Shown here piece after piece: positions 25,841-39,311 of a DNA stretch of 64,000 nucleotides (position 1 is the stretch's first letter; the number at the start of each line of letters is the position of its first letter). Location of the stretch: the NCBI RefSeq assembly GCF_040938485.1, contig NW_027271496.1, positions 682,001 through 746,000 on the forward strand. The letters run 5' to 3'. Under the pieces are notes generated by a model that made no database searches, was not told the origin of the DNA, and saw nothing but the letters and a program-made list of their open reading frames with translations. Source of the stretch: Diadema antillarum (taxonomy: Eukaryota). Made by a program: the position numbers and the translations under genes.

Positions 25841-28649
25841 TTATGTGTGTTCTGTGTTATAGTGCAGAAATTGTTATGCATGGAGCACTTGCTTTTTGAA
25901 AGTCTGTTTTCCAGAGCGTGCATTTCTAAGGTCACATAATAAAAGATTTAAATATGTCTCAAAATTCTCAAACTTCTCAGCATGTAATGGCATCAGAGTT
26001 GTCTATGAATGGGCTCGAATTGTACATATGTTTTTACAATTTTCTAAAATATATATAGATTTGCTGATGTACTGATGACTTATCATCTAAGATTGCACAT
26101 GATGTTTTCAGTTGTAACATTTTGTTGAGATGGTGTTTGAAGTTCTAGTTTATTATATATTTTGAACAAAATGAAAATCTGTTGTTCCGTAGAATATGAC
26201 CCATGTGTGATATGGAGGTATGACATATGAGAGATTTGAAAAAGTGTTATTACATTTGTTGGTTTGTTTTTTCCCCCATTTTTTGTTTTTAATTGAAACT
26301 GTTTAATTGAAATATGAAGATCTCCATTCAGGCCAGGTATTGCAAACAAGCAGCCTACATGTGTTGCATATTTTCAGTGTGATGGGAAAAGATTTTTGGG
26401 GAATTGAATAGATAATGCTCATTATGTTTTGCATCTTTACTTTCAGTTGCTTAATCTCGAAAATTGTCTCTTAAAATGAATGAGATTGTAAGGATTTCCG
26501 TGGTTGGTGCCCTTGAGTAATTTCATATCATTACTCTCACTATCCCTAACTAGGCCAGGAAGGGGGGTTCGGAGCCCCCCCCCCCCCCCCCCCCCCCACG
26601 TGATGTTTCATTACTATTTTGTTTCGAGTCTTCCGCATCTTTTTACACCAAATTTGCGACATCCGGGCACGCGGTTTTGAAGTTACTCATAAATATGTAC
26701 ATGCACGTCAGACCAAAAATTGCACAAGAGCGTGAATTCATGTAGGCCCTACAATTTCAATGCAAACTGTGCTTACAGACAAATTTCATGTAAACATGAT
26801 AATTTGGGGGTTTACAGCTTAAAACCAATTAACAAGATATTTTTATGTTCGGAACAATGTCGCGAACAAATTTCATCAAAAAAGCAATGAAGAACAAAAA
26901 GTCCAATAAACAAAGAAATACATGAGAAATTCAAAAAACAATAACATGCTGAAGAGAGTTTTCTGACTGCACAATCTTTTTTTCTTTTACATTTGCTAAG
27001 GACACGAAAAATTATTGTTACAAAAAAAAAAAATGTGCCTGTTCCGAGCTTTATCTAGTGATTTATAGCAAATAATTTCATGCATCATTATGCACACGTG
27101 TAAATTAGCATAATTTAGCATAAATTACAAGTTTTTGATAAATCAACTCTACAGTATTTACGACTACGTCACAGGCAATGTGTGTGCCGATTTTCGTCGC
27201 GATCGCGCGATCGACGGCCAAGATCGGGGGGGGGGGGGGGAGAGAGACTGGGAACCCCCCCCCCCCCCCCCCGCCAAGTTCATTCTTGTGAAACTAAACA
27301 TTTTCTCAACTGATATCATTCACCATCAACAAGGAATACGCTGTAAAAGACCATTATGCACTATGATTAACGAGAAACACACTGTACATGATATTGAATA
27401 TTGTAGCAGCTGAAAAGAAAACAAGATGTCTGTTCCGTAAGGGATCTCTCATAAGTTACATACAGTCATCATTCTGCATTCTCGCAAGTCGCAACCATGT
27501 TGCAAAATTCAGAATTTGTGTTGTACTTTAATATAAAATGTACATCATTGTATTCATGACTCTTTTGAGGCTCATCATGTTTATACTCCATGCTTTACAT
27601 AGCGAAGAATGATTATTTTGTGATAGCCTGTTCAATGCTGCCGCAGAACAAGGAAAACCGTTTCATTTACTTCATAGGGCATATCTAAAGCTCAACATTT
27701 TGAGAGGGTTCAAGCTCTGTTCATTCTCATTATCTTTTTGTTGGTTGTTTTTTTTAGGGCTCATATTCACGTCTATCTCAGGGCTATTCCCACCATTAGA
27801 AATGATGTTTAGGAAGAATCTTCCCTCCACCTAAGTCGCGGACATCATAAATTGTTTTCACATGCCTTTTCTCTGATAATCGTAAGACAATGAAGACGCT
27901 CATGGAAAACTGTATAAGATCATGCTTAGTCATAGTTTTGTAATATTTCCCTTATCTCGACTTCACTGAAAGGACGATATTAGGGATGAATTCGCAAATA
28001 AGTAGGCCTATATTAGTATTATCCAATTGCTTCTCCCTCTCCACTGTAATCAGTACCCAGTGGTACATTCAGGAATACTTTTCGTAAATTATTTCCTTTC
28101 CAGTGTTTAAGTAACTGAGGTTTGAATACGCACAGAAATAAACATTCATTTACAAACAACTATTTTCAAGCAGTATTAAGCAATCAACCTTATTCTACAA
28201 TTTTAAGAGATATATAATTTCTACAAAAAGACGCCATTAACAGACAAGCCTCTCCGCTAAAAGTCGTAAAAGTGCGGTGTTTTTTCAAACTTTATCATTC
28301 TTACGGCAGTTACTGTTGTATAAAAATGGGACGTGGAGCAATTTGACCGCGAGAGCGTCTGCTCTTACATAGAAAATAAAAAATAGAAGGACCCTTAATA
28401 TAATATTTATATTGTTCATTAATAATTCCTTCAACACTCCCGCAGTTCTCACTCCGTTTTTCTTTTTTTTTTGTACAACGTTTCACGCAAGAAGAAGAAG
28501 AAGAAGAAGAAGAAGAACGGATATTTAAAGGTTGTTACAGACTGAGACCAACGCAGTACTCATACCTGGTCATCTCAGTCCTGTATCACTCACTTGGAAG
28601 GTACTTACTCTATCAAGCAAGCCATCACACGAGTACACACACATTTGAC

Positions 28650-29318
28650 ATGAAGGGGGCAGTCTTGATAGTTGCCATGTTATGCGATCTTGCTGGTGAG
28701 TCGTCTTCTTGTTTCATTCTTTGATAAATGTATATATAGGAACATATTGCATTAACCTATAATAGTAAGTTACTGTTACTCATAGTTAGAATTTATATCA
28801 AAGGCACAACTAAATTTGATGAACATATTTTCACGTTTGAATTCATTAATTCCTTTTTCATATCGTCAATCATGCAATCTCATATTTCTAAAGTTAAAAA
28901 AATAGAAAAAATCGTTGTTGATTTTTCTTCTTGTTTACATGTTAAGTTTTACGTGTCTGTCGGTGTGTTAAATCATTTATGTTCAACGTGCACTAGTAGC
29001 ATAGGTATTAATACGGAGAAAACAAATTTATTGCTCTTCTTAAAATTTCATTGTTATTTGTTCATAAGTGCTGACAAATGGATGTGCCTTTCACTGTGAA
29101 CACCAAACTAAAGCAAGCCAATTCCATGTTTAAAAAACAAAATGCTATGACAGAATTTCCTTCTTAACATGGGCAATTTCCCATTAAAGCCAACAGACAA
29201 AAGGGGCCTAAAACGGGTAGGCTATCAATATGACGTCGGCATACTACGTATGATCTGCATAATTGGGAAGCGTTGCAAAAAAAAAAGTTATATTCACTCG
29301 CAAATAATCTAGATCAAA

Positions 29319-29371
<53 letters not shown>

Positions 29372-32300
29372 TTGCAAGTTCATTGTGTTAATTAACCTGA
29401 ATAGCGGAAATTGTTAATCTTATTAGTATGGGAAAATGTGAATGCGAAGAGAAAGTGCTGGTTTTGTTATACAGGAATTTGGACAAGTTCATAGATTATT
29501 TTGAAATGAAAGAGTGAGATAGTATAAATACGAAAATATCTAATATGAATTAGGTTATAGAATGAAAGGAGTTATGAAATATTAACGTCTTGCTTATCTT
29601 TGCAGAATGGGTTATCATAAACGAGTGAGCTGTTTTTATTTTGTAACTATTTTTCTATAATATGTAAAATTTGCATATTTTAATAGCTCGAGCGTTTTGT
29701 TAAAATCGACAGAAATCTACACTATCATAACTTTTTTTTAAATTTGTCCAATTTTGACGAAAGCCTCTCCTGCTGATAAAATGTCAGTCCTTCCTAACAT
29801 ACTAAATTTGAGTTGGTCCTGAACTGTTACTTAGGTCTCTCTCAAACTTTTTGACAATGCCTGCACTGTAGCGTCGCAGCAGTGCAAAGAGGTGGTGACG
29901 ATATGTGGCAAGAGGCGATTGGTGGATGGAAGCACCGTACAGCTTGTACCGAAGAGTTCATCTATAGAGCCAGCAGGGAAGACCTCTACACTGACATCGC
30001 CCATGAAACAATGGATTTTGTGCAAGGAGAAAGGTGAAAAAGCTTATAATTTTCCGACTGATATTAATATTTCGATCGATTATTCAAAAGAGAACTGGAA
30101 AGATAAAAAGAGGAATGATTATTATTATTAATGATTCAGTCTTTGCAATGTTCCCAATGGTGCTAAGGATGTTCGCCCTCGGAAAGATAGATTTCCATAA
30201 TCGCTTTGATGTTCCAAGTGATGCAAAACTCCAGTTTTTAACTTGAGCTTTTACGTCAAATAATATTACGATCTATTTCAATCAGTTATAACATAAAACG
30301 AGCACAGTGCTATTATGCTGCACGTTTACACCATGTTTCTGACGGCCATGGCAGTCACGTTTCAGACCACCGTGGACAAAACGGAATAGACGTGAGACAA
30401 CGCAGTGAGACGGGAAGGACAATAAAGTGACAGGTCGTGATTGCCGTGCATGCCTGCTAGTACATCTTTAAGCAAAAAAAAAAATAAAAATAGAATAAAA
30501 AAACAGACGTTTGAAACTGATCTCGAAGCCAGTCATTATATATAAGCAAATTTAGGCTACAAGCTTTAGATTTCATTTAACACTTTCTGCAAGGCGAAAT
30601 TGTACTAGAACTTTAACTTTATTATACATTTTCCCCTCAGATTCGCCGCTGGAAGAGAAAATGTTTGTAGTCATCTCCAGGATTGATTCCTTTCTTGTTG
30701 GTCGCATTGAAATGACACCAAAGCCAGCAATTGGTGAGGTCAAAATATACGACTGGCTACCGCCTTCACCAGCACCCACAGTCGTGACGTGCGACCCTGT
30801 TGATACTGCTGTGTTCTGGGTTCATCGTGGAACAAACTCGGTGTTGCGGACTTCTCTGATAGACACGGCAACAACAAGTATCACTGCAAGTAAGGAGAGA
30901 GAGTTTGCAATTGCACTGTAGAGTTGTACTACGTGCTGATAAGTTTCGGCGTTGTTAGCGCTTCTCCCTTCGAAATTGAATAGATTGTTAATTCCTACAT
31001 TGATGTACTTTTCACTAGGTTCTTCCCTATTCAGTATCTATAGAAAAATAGTGATAGCCAAAAACAGTCCTGTGATTTGAAAAAAAAATCCAGCAAATAC
31101 ACATATGCACAAGTAGCATGAGATCAATATGAAAATGCTGAAGCAGACATACACATTTGTCACGTCTTCAGATGTACGTAATTTACTTTCCCTTAACATA
31201 AATGAGTATGATATTCCATGATATGCTGTATCGTAACTGAAATGCAAAGCCGATGTGAGGGCAGGGACAAAACCAATGGCAGAGACAGACATGCAGACAA
31301 AAGAAAAAAGAATAGAAATAAATACAGGGACGTACATGCGGACATTGACAATGACAGGGACATCTACTTCATCTACAGCAATACTAATTGAGACATAATG
31401 ACTTGACAAACGTGTTAGTCTAGCAGGGAGATTGTCGACGGTATTATAGAGAATGCAAAATTCATCGCTTTACAGCCATCAGACAGTAAAGCAATAGATG
31501 CAGACAGAGTGTCAATAGGATAATAAGAAAAATAATGACATACATTCAGAGCGCTATTCGATTAATCAGAAAAAGTATCATAGAATTACAATGTAAATAA
31601 CATTATGAAATACGATGATTATCTAATCTTCGTAGTTTTGAAGTTGTGTATTTCACTTGACTGATTAACTAGATGCCATGAGGTTGCAGCTTGCATAGGT
31701 CTATTCTTTCAAGCAGTCAATCGAATTTTCTGCACTCCATTATCGTAAAGCCACGTCAATTGCTCTATCCAGTAGTGTGACTCCTACTCATTTTACGCAA
31801 TGCTTGAAAGGGTATGTCGTTGTACATTCCAGTGTGTGTATGGACGCATGGCAACAAATGTCGGTATGAAACAAAGAAACAAACAACAAAGGACAAGTGT
31901 CTTACATTTTCGTTAAAATAATGAAATCAAATCATCTTGATATTACAGGTGCCTTGTACGAGTACGTACATTCAGATTAAAAAAAAAAGAAGCTAAAGTG
32001 CATTTCCAATGTTTGTCAGTCTCTATCATGGCGGCGCAGCCGTGGGGCCGTGGGGGCTCGGGCCCCCACACTTTTTGTGCACCATACAAAGGAATACATA
32101 AGGTGTCATCACTTTGGGCCCCCACACTTTTTTTTTTTAACCCGGAAATACGTAAGTGGCACTAAAATAGAAATAGATAGGGATCTTGAAGTATGGTGGC
32201 GGTAAGGTTATATTTTTTCTCTGAATACCTTTTTTTTTTTTTTTTTTGCTTGCAAGCTGAAGAAACCCGGAAGTGGACGGGTGGAGATGAGCTGAGGACT

Positions 32301-34361
32301 TTTTGCTTGTCACCTGAAGAAACCCGGAAGTGGACGGGGAGAAGAGATGAGCCTTTTTTTTTTTTGCTTGTTAGCTCATGAAACCCGGAAGTGGGCCTCC
32401 ACACTTTTGAAAACACTGCGCCGGCCCTGTCTACCCTTCATGCCCTTTGTGCTATTTCCTGCTTGAAAGTGCGCATGCGTAAAGTGAAGAGTAATTCTAA
32501 ACTTGTCTTTGAAGGTCTGCCTGGTAAGGGAATCTCGCTATCCCTGGATCACTCCGATCAGCATTTTTACCTCCTCAACTATGATGAAATTGCAGGCACC
32601 GTGGTAGTTCTTCGAACCGGAATGAGCAGGGGACCGACACGTGTAATCGTGAGGCTTCCCAATACCTCTGTGTACCCGAGAATGGAGCTTGACTTCAAGA
32701 AAAGGTGACGTTATTATTTGAAATCCTTCTCATAAAAATCACGTGTGATGTGCTGAAATTTTGTTGACAATTGATGACAAAATATATTGCTGTTATTTCA
32801 TAGTCGTCATGAACACGTTTTATTATGTCTAATAGCATTGACTTTGAGTGCGATTGTCTCATGTTGCTATATAAAGACGCCTAACAGAAAGTTTAATGTT
32901 CCTGCACGGTGTCTATTATCATTCTCCAACCTTTGGTGTGTGATTAATCTAAAGTAACATACATTATGTATTTGAAATGATTATACATTTTTGTTCGTAA
33001 CTTCGATTTTTTTTTGTTTTCTGTTCTATACCTATATTCAATTTCCGTTCAAACAGGCAAATCTATTTAATTTTTCCGTTCAAGCTCGTTATAGTAACAT
33101 TCAACGGACGAAACAAGACTGTAATTACTACGGAAAGACCGTATCTACCAAATGAACGCATTATGTCTGAAGGTAAGGGGTTGGGAGAATAATATTGTAT
33201 GTTTTGCCTTGCTAGGCGCATCGTACGTTTTTCTTTCTTCAGTTTCATTCTAAATAAGTTAACTAGGCTCTGTTTCATAAAGCTGTTCATGATGTTACGC
33301 ATTACTTTAGAACGACTGGAATATGAATTGCCTATATGTGTTTCCATTCTTTCCTTTACAGTCTATATAATTTGTGTGAGGGCTACGGGTACCATCGTGT
33401 GATGTGTGATGTTCTGCGGGCATACCGTACTTACTTGCTGTTTGAAAATTGAAATTTGAAGTTGGAATCGCAAATTCGATGTTCGCATTGTCAGTTAATT
33501 GTAATAATGAATTAATTTCGAGACATTATGACGAAATCTAATGCAGAGGCAACCCTTTCCCAAAATTGAGCAATATTGGCACACAAATTTGACTCTGATG
33601 GTATAAAATATCGAGTCATTTGCGAAGGAATATGTATGACCATCGCCGAGGTGTCTCATTCTCCGGCATCAATTTCTTTAGCGGGGGTTAAATCTTCGTG
33701 GAGTCACCGTGCTGTCCTTCCTGATGTGTCTTTAGGGGTAGTCCTCGTATGTTGTTTTGGTTGCCAACGTATGTAGTTCTAATACAGGCATCGTATACTT
33801 GTTTCAGCAGCAAGCTGTTGATTAGCTTTTCAACAAGTTCGAAATGTTTTGTTTGTTTTGTTTGTTTGTTTGTTTTCATATGACCATTTTGTGTGTCATT
33901 ATCGGGACAGATTGACGCCTTTGTACATGGAAACATCACTGAAAAATGTAACTTGAACCACCTCAGTGGCGCAATATTTGCAGGAGAATAAAATACACTG
34001 AAACACGTTTATTAAAAGTCGCTGCAATTTCTGTTTCACCTGCTGCACAGGTATAGGCTTGTACTGGTGCGACATATATCCTGATGGAATATACATAAGG
34101 TATGTCATATCTAGCGGCGAAGGTAGAACAGCAGCGTCTGTGGTCTACAGGGTACGTGGTCTCGTTGGCGCGTGGTGCGAAGTTCGCCACTTGTCTGATC
34201 ACTCTTTCATCATCCTGGCCAGCAATGCTGTGAAATACACACGCAAAGTTACCTCCAGTACCATACTAATATCTGATATGCCACCCGAGGGTAGTATTAG
34301 CATGGAAGAGTATCTTTCTGATGGGATGGTCAAGTTTGATATTGTGAATGTGTTTAATTGA
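28650..34361 (+). CDS. Secreted YWTD/LDLR-class-B-like beta-propeller protein, copy A (about 357 aa if exon 6 is terminal)
   Basis: Six phase-compatible AG/GT exons: 28650-28695, 29872-30033, 30641-30889, 32515-32704, 33057-33172, 34051-34361. Signal peptide MKGAVLIVAMLCDLAA. Blade-like motifs PTVVTCDPVDTAVFW, GISLSLDHSDQHFY, MELDFKKRQIY...TFNGRNKTVI and GLYWCD. Confidence 0.75.
29320..29368. repeat. (TA)n microsatellite
   Basis: Direct reading. Confidence 0.95.
31038..31470 (-). pseudogene. Possible class A GPCR relic (TM3-TM5), antisense in intron 3 of the beta-propeller gene
   Basis: SISIAVDE (cf. siAvDRy), hydrophobic FISILFSFVCMSVSAIGFVPAL, and VYVCFSIFILISCYLCI (TM5-like ..cY..I). Flanks are interrupted by stops. 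Confidence 0.35.
32025..32429. mobile_element. hAT-like MITE with internal tandem units
   Basis: Imperfect TIRs catggcggcgcag / ctgcgccggccctg. Three internal aaacccggaagtgg units. TSD not clearly preserved. Confidence 0.5.
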
Positions 34362-35694
34362 TTTATTTATCTTCATAACAAAAATATGTGAAGTTAATAA
34401 TGAAAAATGTAACTTCAACATAATAACATATAGGAAAGTCAAAATAGCTATTAAAGTGTACTAAAATTGGGAGATAACAGCAATAGGTATTAGCGTTGGC
34501 CTATGTTCAGACAATCTTGCAAACATGAAATACCGAAAATTATGGAATAACAGTCATTTGGAGACTGTAAGGATGAATTACAAGGTCAGCTTGAAAAGTC
34601 TTATTCTTCTTAAAGGCACTCAATCGTGGCGAGTGGTTTGTGCGGCACGGAGACGAACGCAACACGCTGCCTCCCCCATTCTGTATCAAAAGTTATGTAG
34701 TGACCCCGAGTGAGAATAGTGCTGGCTCAATGGGTCAGCGAACAACACGCTAACGGGCTCACACCTGTAAATAAAATGGACTGTCCCAGACCCCTTCACC
34801 AATTCGTACCAAAGATACCAAAATAAATGAAGAAAAAAATTAATTAAAAATCAATGATGTAGTTTGGCAAAAAACTGAATAGCTGTAGATATTGAGTATG
34901 AATTCCTCTACAAACTGCATTTTGGTTGGAAGATGAAAGCTTTTCTGATGGAATTTGAGGGGACTATATTTCATTGGGTACGTGTACGGAAAATAGGTGA
35001 TTTTTTGAGTGACAAGAACTCGTAGTCTGGCTTTGCGGACCCCTGGACAGAATTAGAGCAGAACAACTTACCCTGGCAATCTGATGGATGAAAGGTAATA
35101 TCTCACTTATTCAGGTTAGTGAAGATGAAACACCTCATTTCTCCCAGCTATTTTACAGATTTTTTTGAAATTTGAATTTTAACACACGTCTCTATGGGGA
35201 ATTATTTACCCGTGTGAGCCCTAACCTGCAAGTAAATCTCCTAACCCAAAATGGCTGTTCGAGCGAGCCACGACAGCTTCCGAATGGATGCACACTCTAG
35301 TGCGCATGAAGAGAGGCCAAAAGAGCCACACGTCTTCTGGCCTCTCTCCTCCAATCACCGCAGCTCGCGGTGACAATGTTTGTGTATGATGCGTACATAC
35401 ACACGCACACACACACACGTGTCTCAGTGGCAGCATTGTCCCACACGTTTATGGATATAGCACCGAGTCTGGCATTGCGCATTTTGCATGCACAAACTTC
35501 GGTCGTTCGGAGTTTACGTACCATAAGTGATTAAGATTCTCAAAGTCTTTTGAAACTTTGAAAATATCGTCTCGAAAAAGAGTTTGTCCCAAATTTCAAA
35601 GTGGTTAAGACGTAGACATGACAAATAGAGATATGTCGCGTGACCAACCCCATGAAAGGGATTTCAGACGTGTAAACACGGAGTCGAGATCAGA

Positions 35695-36030
35695 CTCAGA
35701 GTCTGTCAAACGATACAGTCAACAAGCAGAAAGCAGCTGCAGCAAGTAGCGAGGTGCTTGCGGCCCGGCTGCCGAGCAGCATCCATCTTCGGGTTTGACT
35801 TTGCTGCTTTCCTCAACCAAGGGTTATCCATACGTCCAGAAATGACACTGGGGCCAGTATTCATTATTTTTCATGACATGTTATGCTTCAGTCAAAGCCA
35901 TATTTTTGTCTTGGTCATGGGTCATAAGCTTGTCAAAGAAAGTGATACTGATGATATTCCGTAAACTTTAGTACCCTTTTCATAGCCAGACGATATGGCC
36001 TAGCAAAATCTAAAATTCGTTGAAGCCATG
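35695..36030 (-). pseudogene. Possible class A GPCR relic (TM2-TM3)
   Basis: One frame reads ...YGISSVSLSLTSL*... and AASTSLLAAAAFCLLTVSFDRL* (TM3 DR motif), with several stops. Confidence 0.4.
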
Positions 36031-37122
36031 AGAAATGAAAGTTAGACCTCACCTACACTTGCAACGCTTGTGAAAAGATGCCTCGTGGTGAAAAGTCAAT
36101 GGACTTCACGTGTTAAACCAATAATCGCAACAAACGTCTAACCGCTCTACTCCATTACTGTAAAGAGATATTGCTGTCTAGCCAATATCTCTTTAGTGTA
36201 TAATAGTAAAGAGATGATGGTCAAGTCGAAGCCAAAACGTATGAATGTCAAAGAAAAGCTAAGTTAAGGAACGATGCCATCACAGACTAGATTGGTAAAT
36301 GTTCCTTTTTCGTCGAAACGATAGTGCTTGATAATGACTTTCTTGAGACGAGATGGTATTGTTGCCACCGATTATGTACAAATTGTAGGGTAATGTGTCT
36401 ATCATGATTAGCGTTAAAGTCCTACGACGGTATTAGTCCAGATTCTGGACAGTATTTATCATGACGCATTCAGCTCAATGGGCAGCTCATTACAACTATA
36501 GTTATGTACGATATTCACGATTAAAGCCTTTTGAGAGAACACCCCCCCCCCCCCCCCCCACACACACACGCACACATTTGCGGACAAGCTTGTTCTCGCA
36601 AGCCATCAAACAACAGAGAAATATAAAACAGAAGAAGAGAAAGAAAGAGCAAAAGAGAAGAAAAAGGAGGGAACAAAACGCACAACTATAGTACATGGGT
36701 CAGACCGCGCTTTCCGTTTTCGGCGAGATGAAACTTTGTGCATGCACAAAGCTTTCTGGCCGCTGTCATTGAAAACACCGGAGATAAACGTCCATCCCAA
36801 GGATAAAAATGACATGAAGCGCATTTTTACGGATATCAATGCATGTCAAAAAGTTACATTCGTTTCTCACGCGTTTACCTTATCCCGCAAAGTGTGATAG
36901 GGGCTGCATAGGAACTGCGCAAAATCCGACTGTTGGACATTGCGATTGTTGTGTTAGCATTCATCCAAATCCCATCCTAACAATTTGTTGCCGTGGTTGT
37001 AGCAGCAAAAATATCCCATAAAAGTGGCAATGTCTCATTTTCCATTGAGTCACCACTGTGATGTAGTTCGTATGAGAATAACCTTAATCATTATGCGCTT
37101 ATGTGTCATTTCTGTTGCACAG

Positions 37123-37431
37123 GTATGGACTTCTACCGGTGCGTTACGCGCACTAACTAAGCAGATACTGATATATTATAATCTTTATAGGCAACAAATG
37201 CAATACATCGCCGGCTACAGTACATACCGGATACCAGCCGTACCGGGTTCCAATTTTAAATGGTGTCAGGTTCGCCACTTGCGCGGCTCATCTTTCCTGG
37301 CATTGACCAATAATGGCGTGCATTATTTTCGCAAATTTAGCCGCAATAGTGCAGAAATATTAAATTTTTGCTCTGTCTGGCAAGTGGAGTGTTTTAGAAA
37401 ACTATTTTTCTGGTGTGAAGGCACCGTTTGA
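37123..37431 (+). pseudogene. Frameshifted duplicate of beta-propeller exon 6
   Basis: Same acceptor context (tgcacag|gtat). GMDFYRC vs GIGLYWC, then a frameshift. WCQVRHLRGSSFLALTNNGVHYFRK vs WCEVRHLSDHSFIILASNAVKYTRK, then a second frameshift to VLENYFSG vs SMEEYLSDG. Confidence 0.7.
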
Positions 37432-39097
37432 TATAGTAAATGTGCTACTTAACTGACATCTATCTGCAAACTTAAAAAGAAAAGGGATTAAAAACACGTA
37501 CTGCGATATTATTGATCGCTGTTCTGCATTATGACAACAAATTAAAGGGTATGAATACAAAAATAATTTCTAAGATATGACGGAGGTGATTGTAGCTGTA
37601 AATGTGGGCTTCTGCATCATGATTTGGTTTATCAATCTCACGAATTGGAAACATGTACGCAGCATTATTTAGTAACATTTTATGACGGAAAAAAGTAACA
37701 GAAGAGAAGAGGATAGGTGGACTTGAAGTCCTATACTAGAATGATTTAAGGTATTTTTTTTTCTCAACTATTTTTCCTGCGTTGACCCTCCACATTCTGT
37801 ATAATGTAAAAAAAAAAATCCATGACAATGTTACACCCATATATATAATTCATATGGAACATTTCTAATAAATTCATTCACTTTTCATTAATTGAGTGAA
37901 ATGATAATTTTCATAATTATCATGAAAATTGATTGTTTCGTTTCTGTTAATGCTCAAATAACGAAATAAAAATAGCGTCCTTTTGGTTCTCAGCTGACTT
38001 TATGCAAGTTTGAAATGTAGCGCCTATATAGTATAGCAGGGACGAGACATCAATATCGATTAAGACTATGGAAAAGTTGGTGTTAAAAAGTATTACCATC
38101 TCAAAGCCGATGCAATGCCACTATACCATACCATATCTCGAGATTGCAAGTGCAGGAATACCGTTAGCTTCAATTTCAAATTCAAGCAATAATGATATGC
38201 CAGTGTCAGCGTCACGCGATCAGATACGGTTATGAGGCGACTTATTGAAAGCCAGAACTGTACGCTCAAGACAAAGTCTATAACCAAGCCTGTTTGGTAA
38301 TTGTGACAGCAGCCCGAAAAAAAAAAGAGCGGAGTTGATCGAGTGAAGATAGAGAGTTATTAAATCAATTTTGCTAGACTATTCTAAATTCATACAACTT
38401 TTACACTACTTTATCGGCAATATAGCGCGCAAGACCATCGCGTGTAGTTCGGAAAATTTCCTGCATAACCAGAGACATCAATACACCATAATCGTAAAGG
38501 CTGATTTTTAACTTAATTTAAAAACTAACAAACACACAGACAAAACTTATAACAACTAGGGCCTATTTTCCCCCATGAGACTCCCCCAAAAGAAAGAAAA
38601 GATAACGAAACAAAAAAAAGTACCAGGTTATTATCTAGTAAAGAATTTTGTTAACTTAGAAAAAAAAACTGATTTCAGTAAACAATGGTAAACAGTTCAT
38701 TGTTGGTAAAGTAAAATTTTGGCCAGCCACGGTGGAACAGCAAGATCGCATCCGCACCTCTGGTTCCTCTGCCGCTGCGTAGATATAAATGGCGGACTCT
38801 GGTGCCATGCGAATCTCAAATCAGTGTTCATACATACTGTGTAAATATTCCATTAGCTCAGGTTTAATCAATTAAACCAATTCTTGGTCATTTCTCTATT
38901 AGATATAATTATTGTGCATACGTTTTCCGATCTATCAAGATAATCATGACAAGTTGATTAAACAAAAAAAAAAAAGTCTAAAGTGTTGTATTCTGTGTGT
39001 AACCTCTGTAATGCTGTATTACGTACCGTTGCAAAGCTGGGCAGACCGTACCATTGATGCACAGTGTAGTTTCGCTCTGTTCAGGGCACGCTCATAT

Positions 39098-39311
39098 TAT
39101 GGGGCGCCAAGTGTCGCATATCGCCTATTTCGTTACGAAATCCGTCATTTCCTCGACGAAAATCTATTTCTTTGACGAAATAATATTCATTTCGTTAACG
39201 ACATGTTGTTATTTCGTAAAGGATCGTTATTTCGAAATGAAATGAACGTTTCGTCGGAAAAAAAAAAAAATTTCGTAACAAAATAGGCTACGCTACACTT
39301 GGCGCCCCATA
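39098..39311. mobile_element. MITE
   Basis: 17 bp TIR tatggggcgccaagtgt / acacttggcgccccata, with internal ttcgtnacgaaa repeats. Confidence 0.7.

Noticed and set aside
29820-29871. Upstream ttag acceptor for propeller exon 2
   Set aside because: It gives phase 0, incompatible with exon 1; the downstream gtag acceptor is phase 1 and conserved in both paralogues.
33600-33780. ORF 33576-33776 as a propeller exon
   Set aside because: Not needed for phase continuity; the minus strand weakly resembles an RTE LINE 3' relic, but too degraded to call.
38093-38287. Third GPCR-like fragment (LITVSDRV)
   Set aside because: A single weak motif with no flanking TM pattern.
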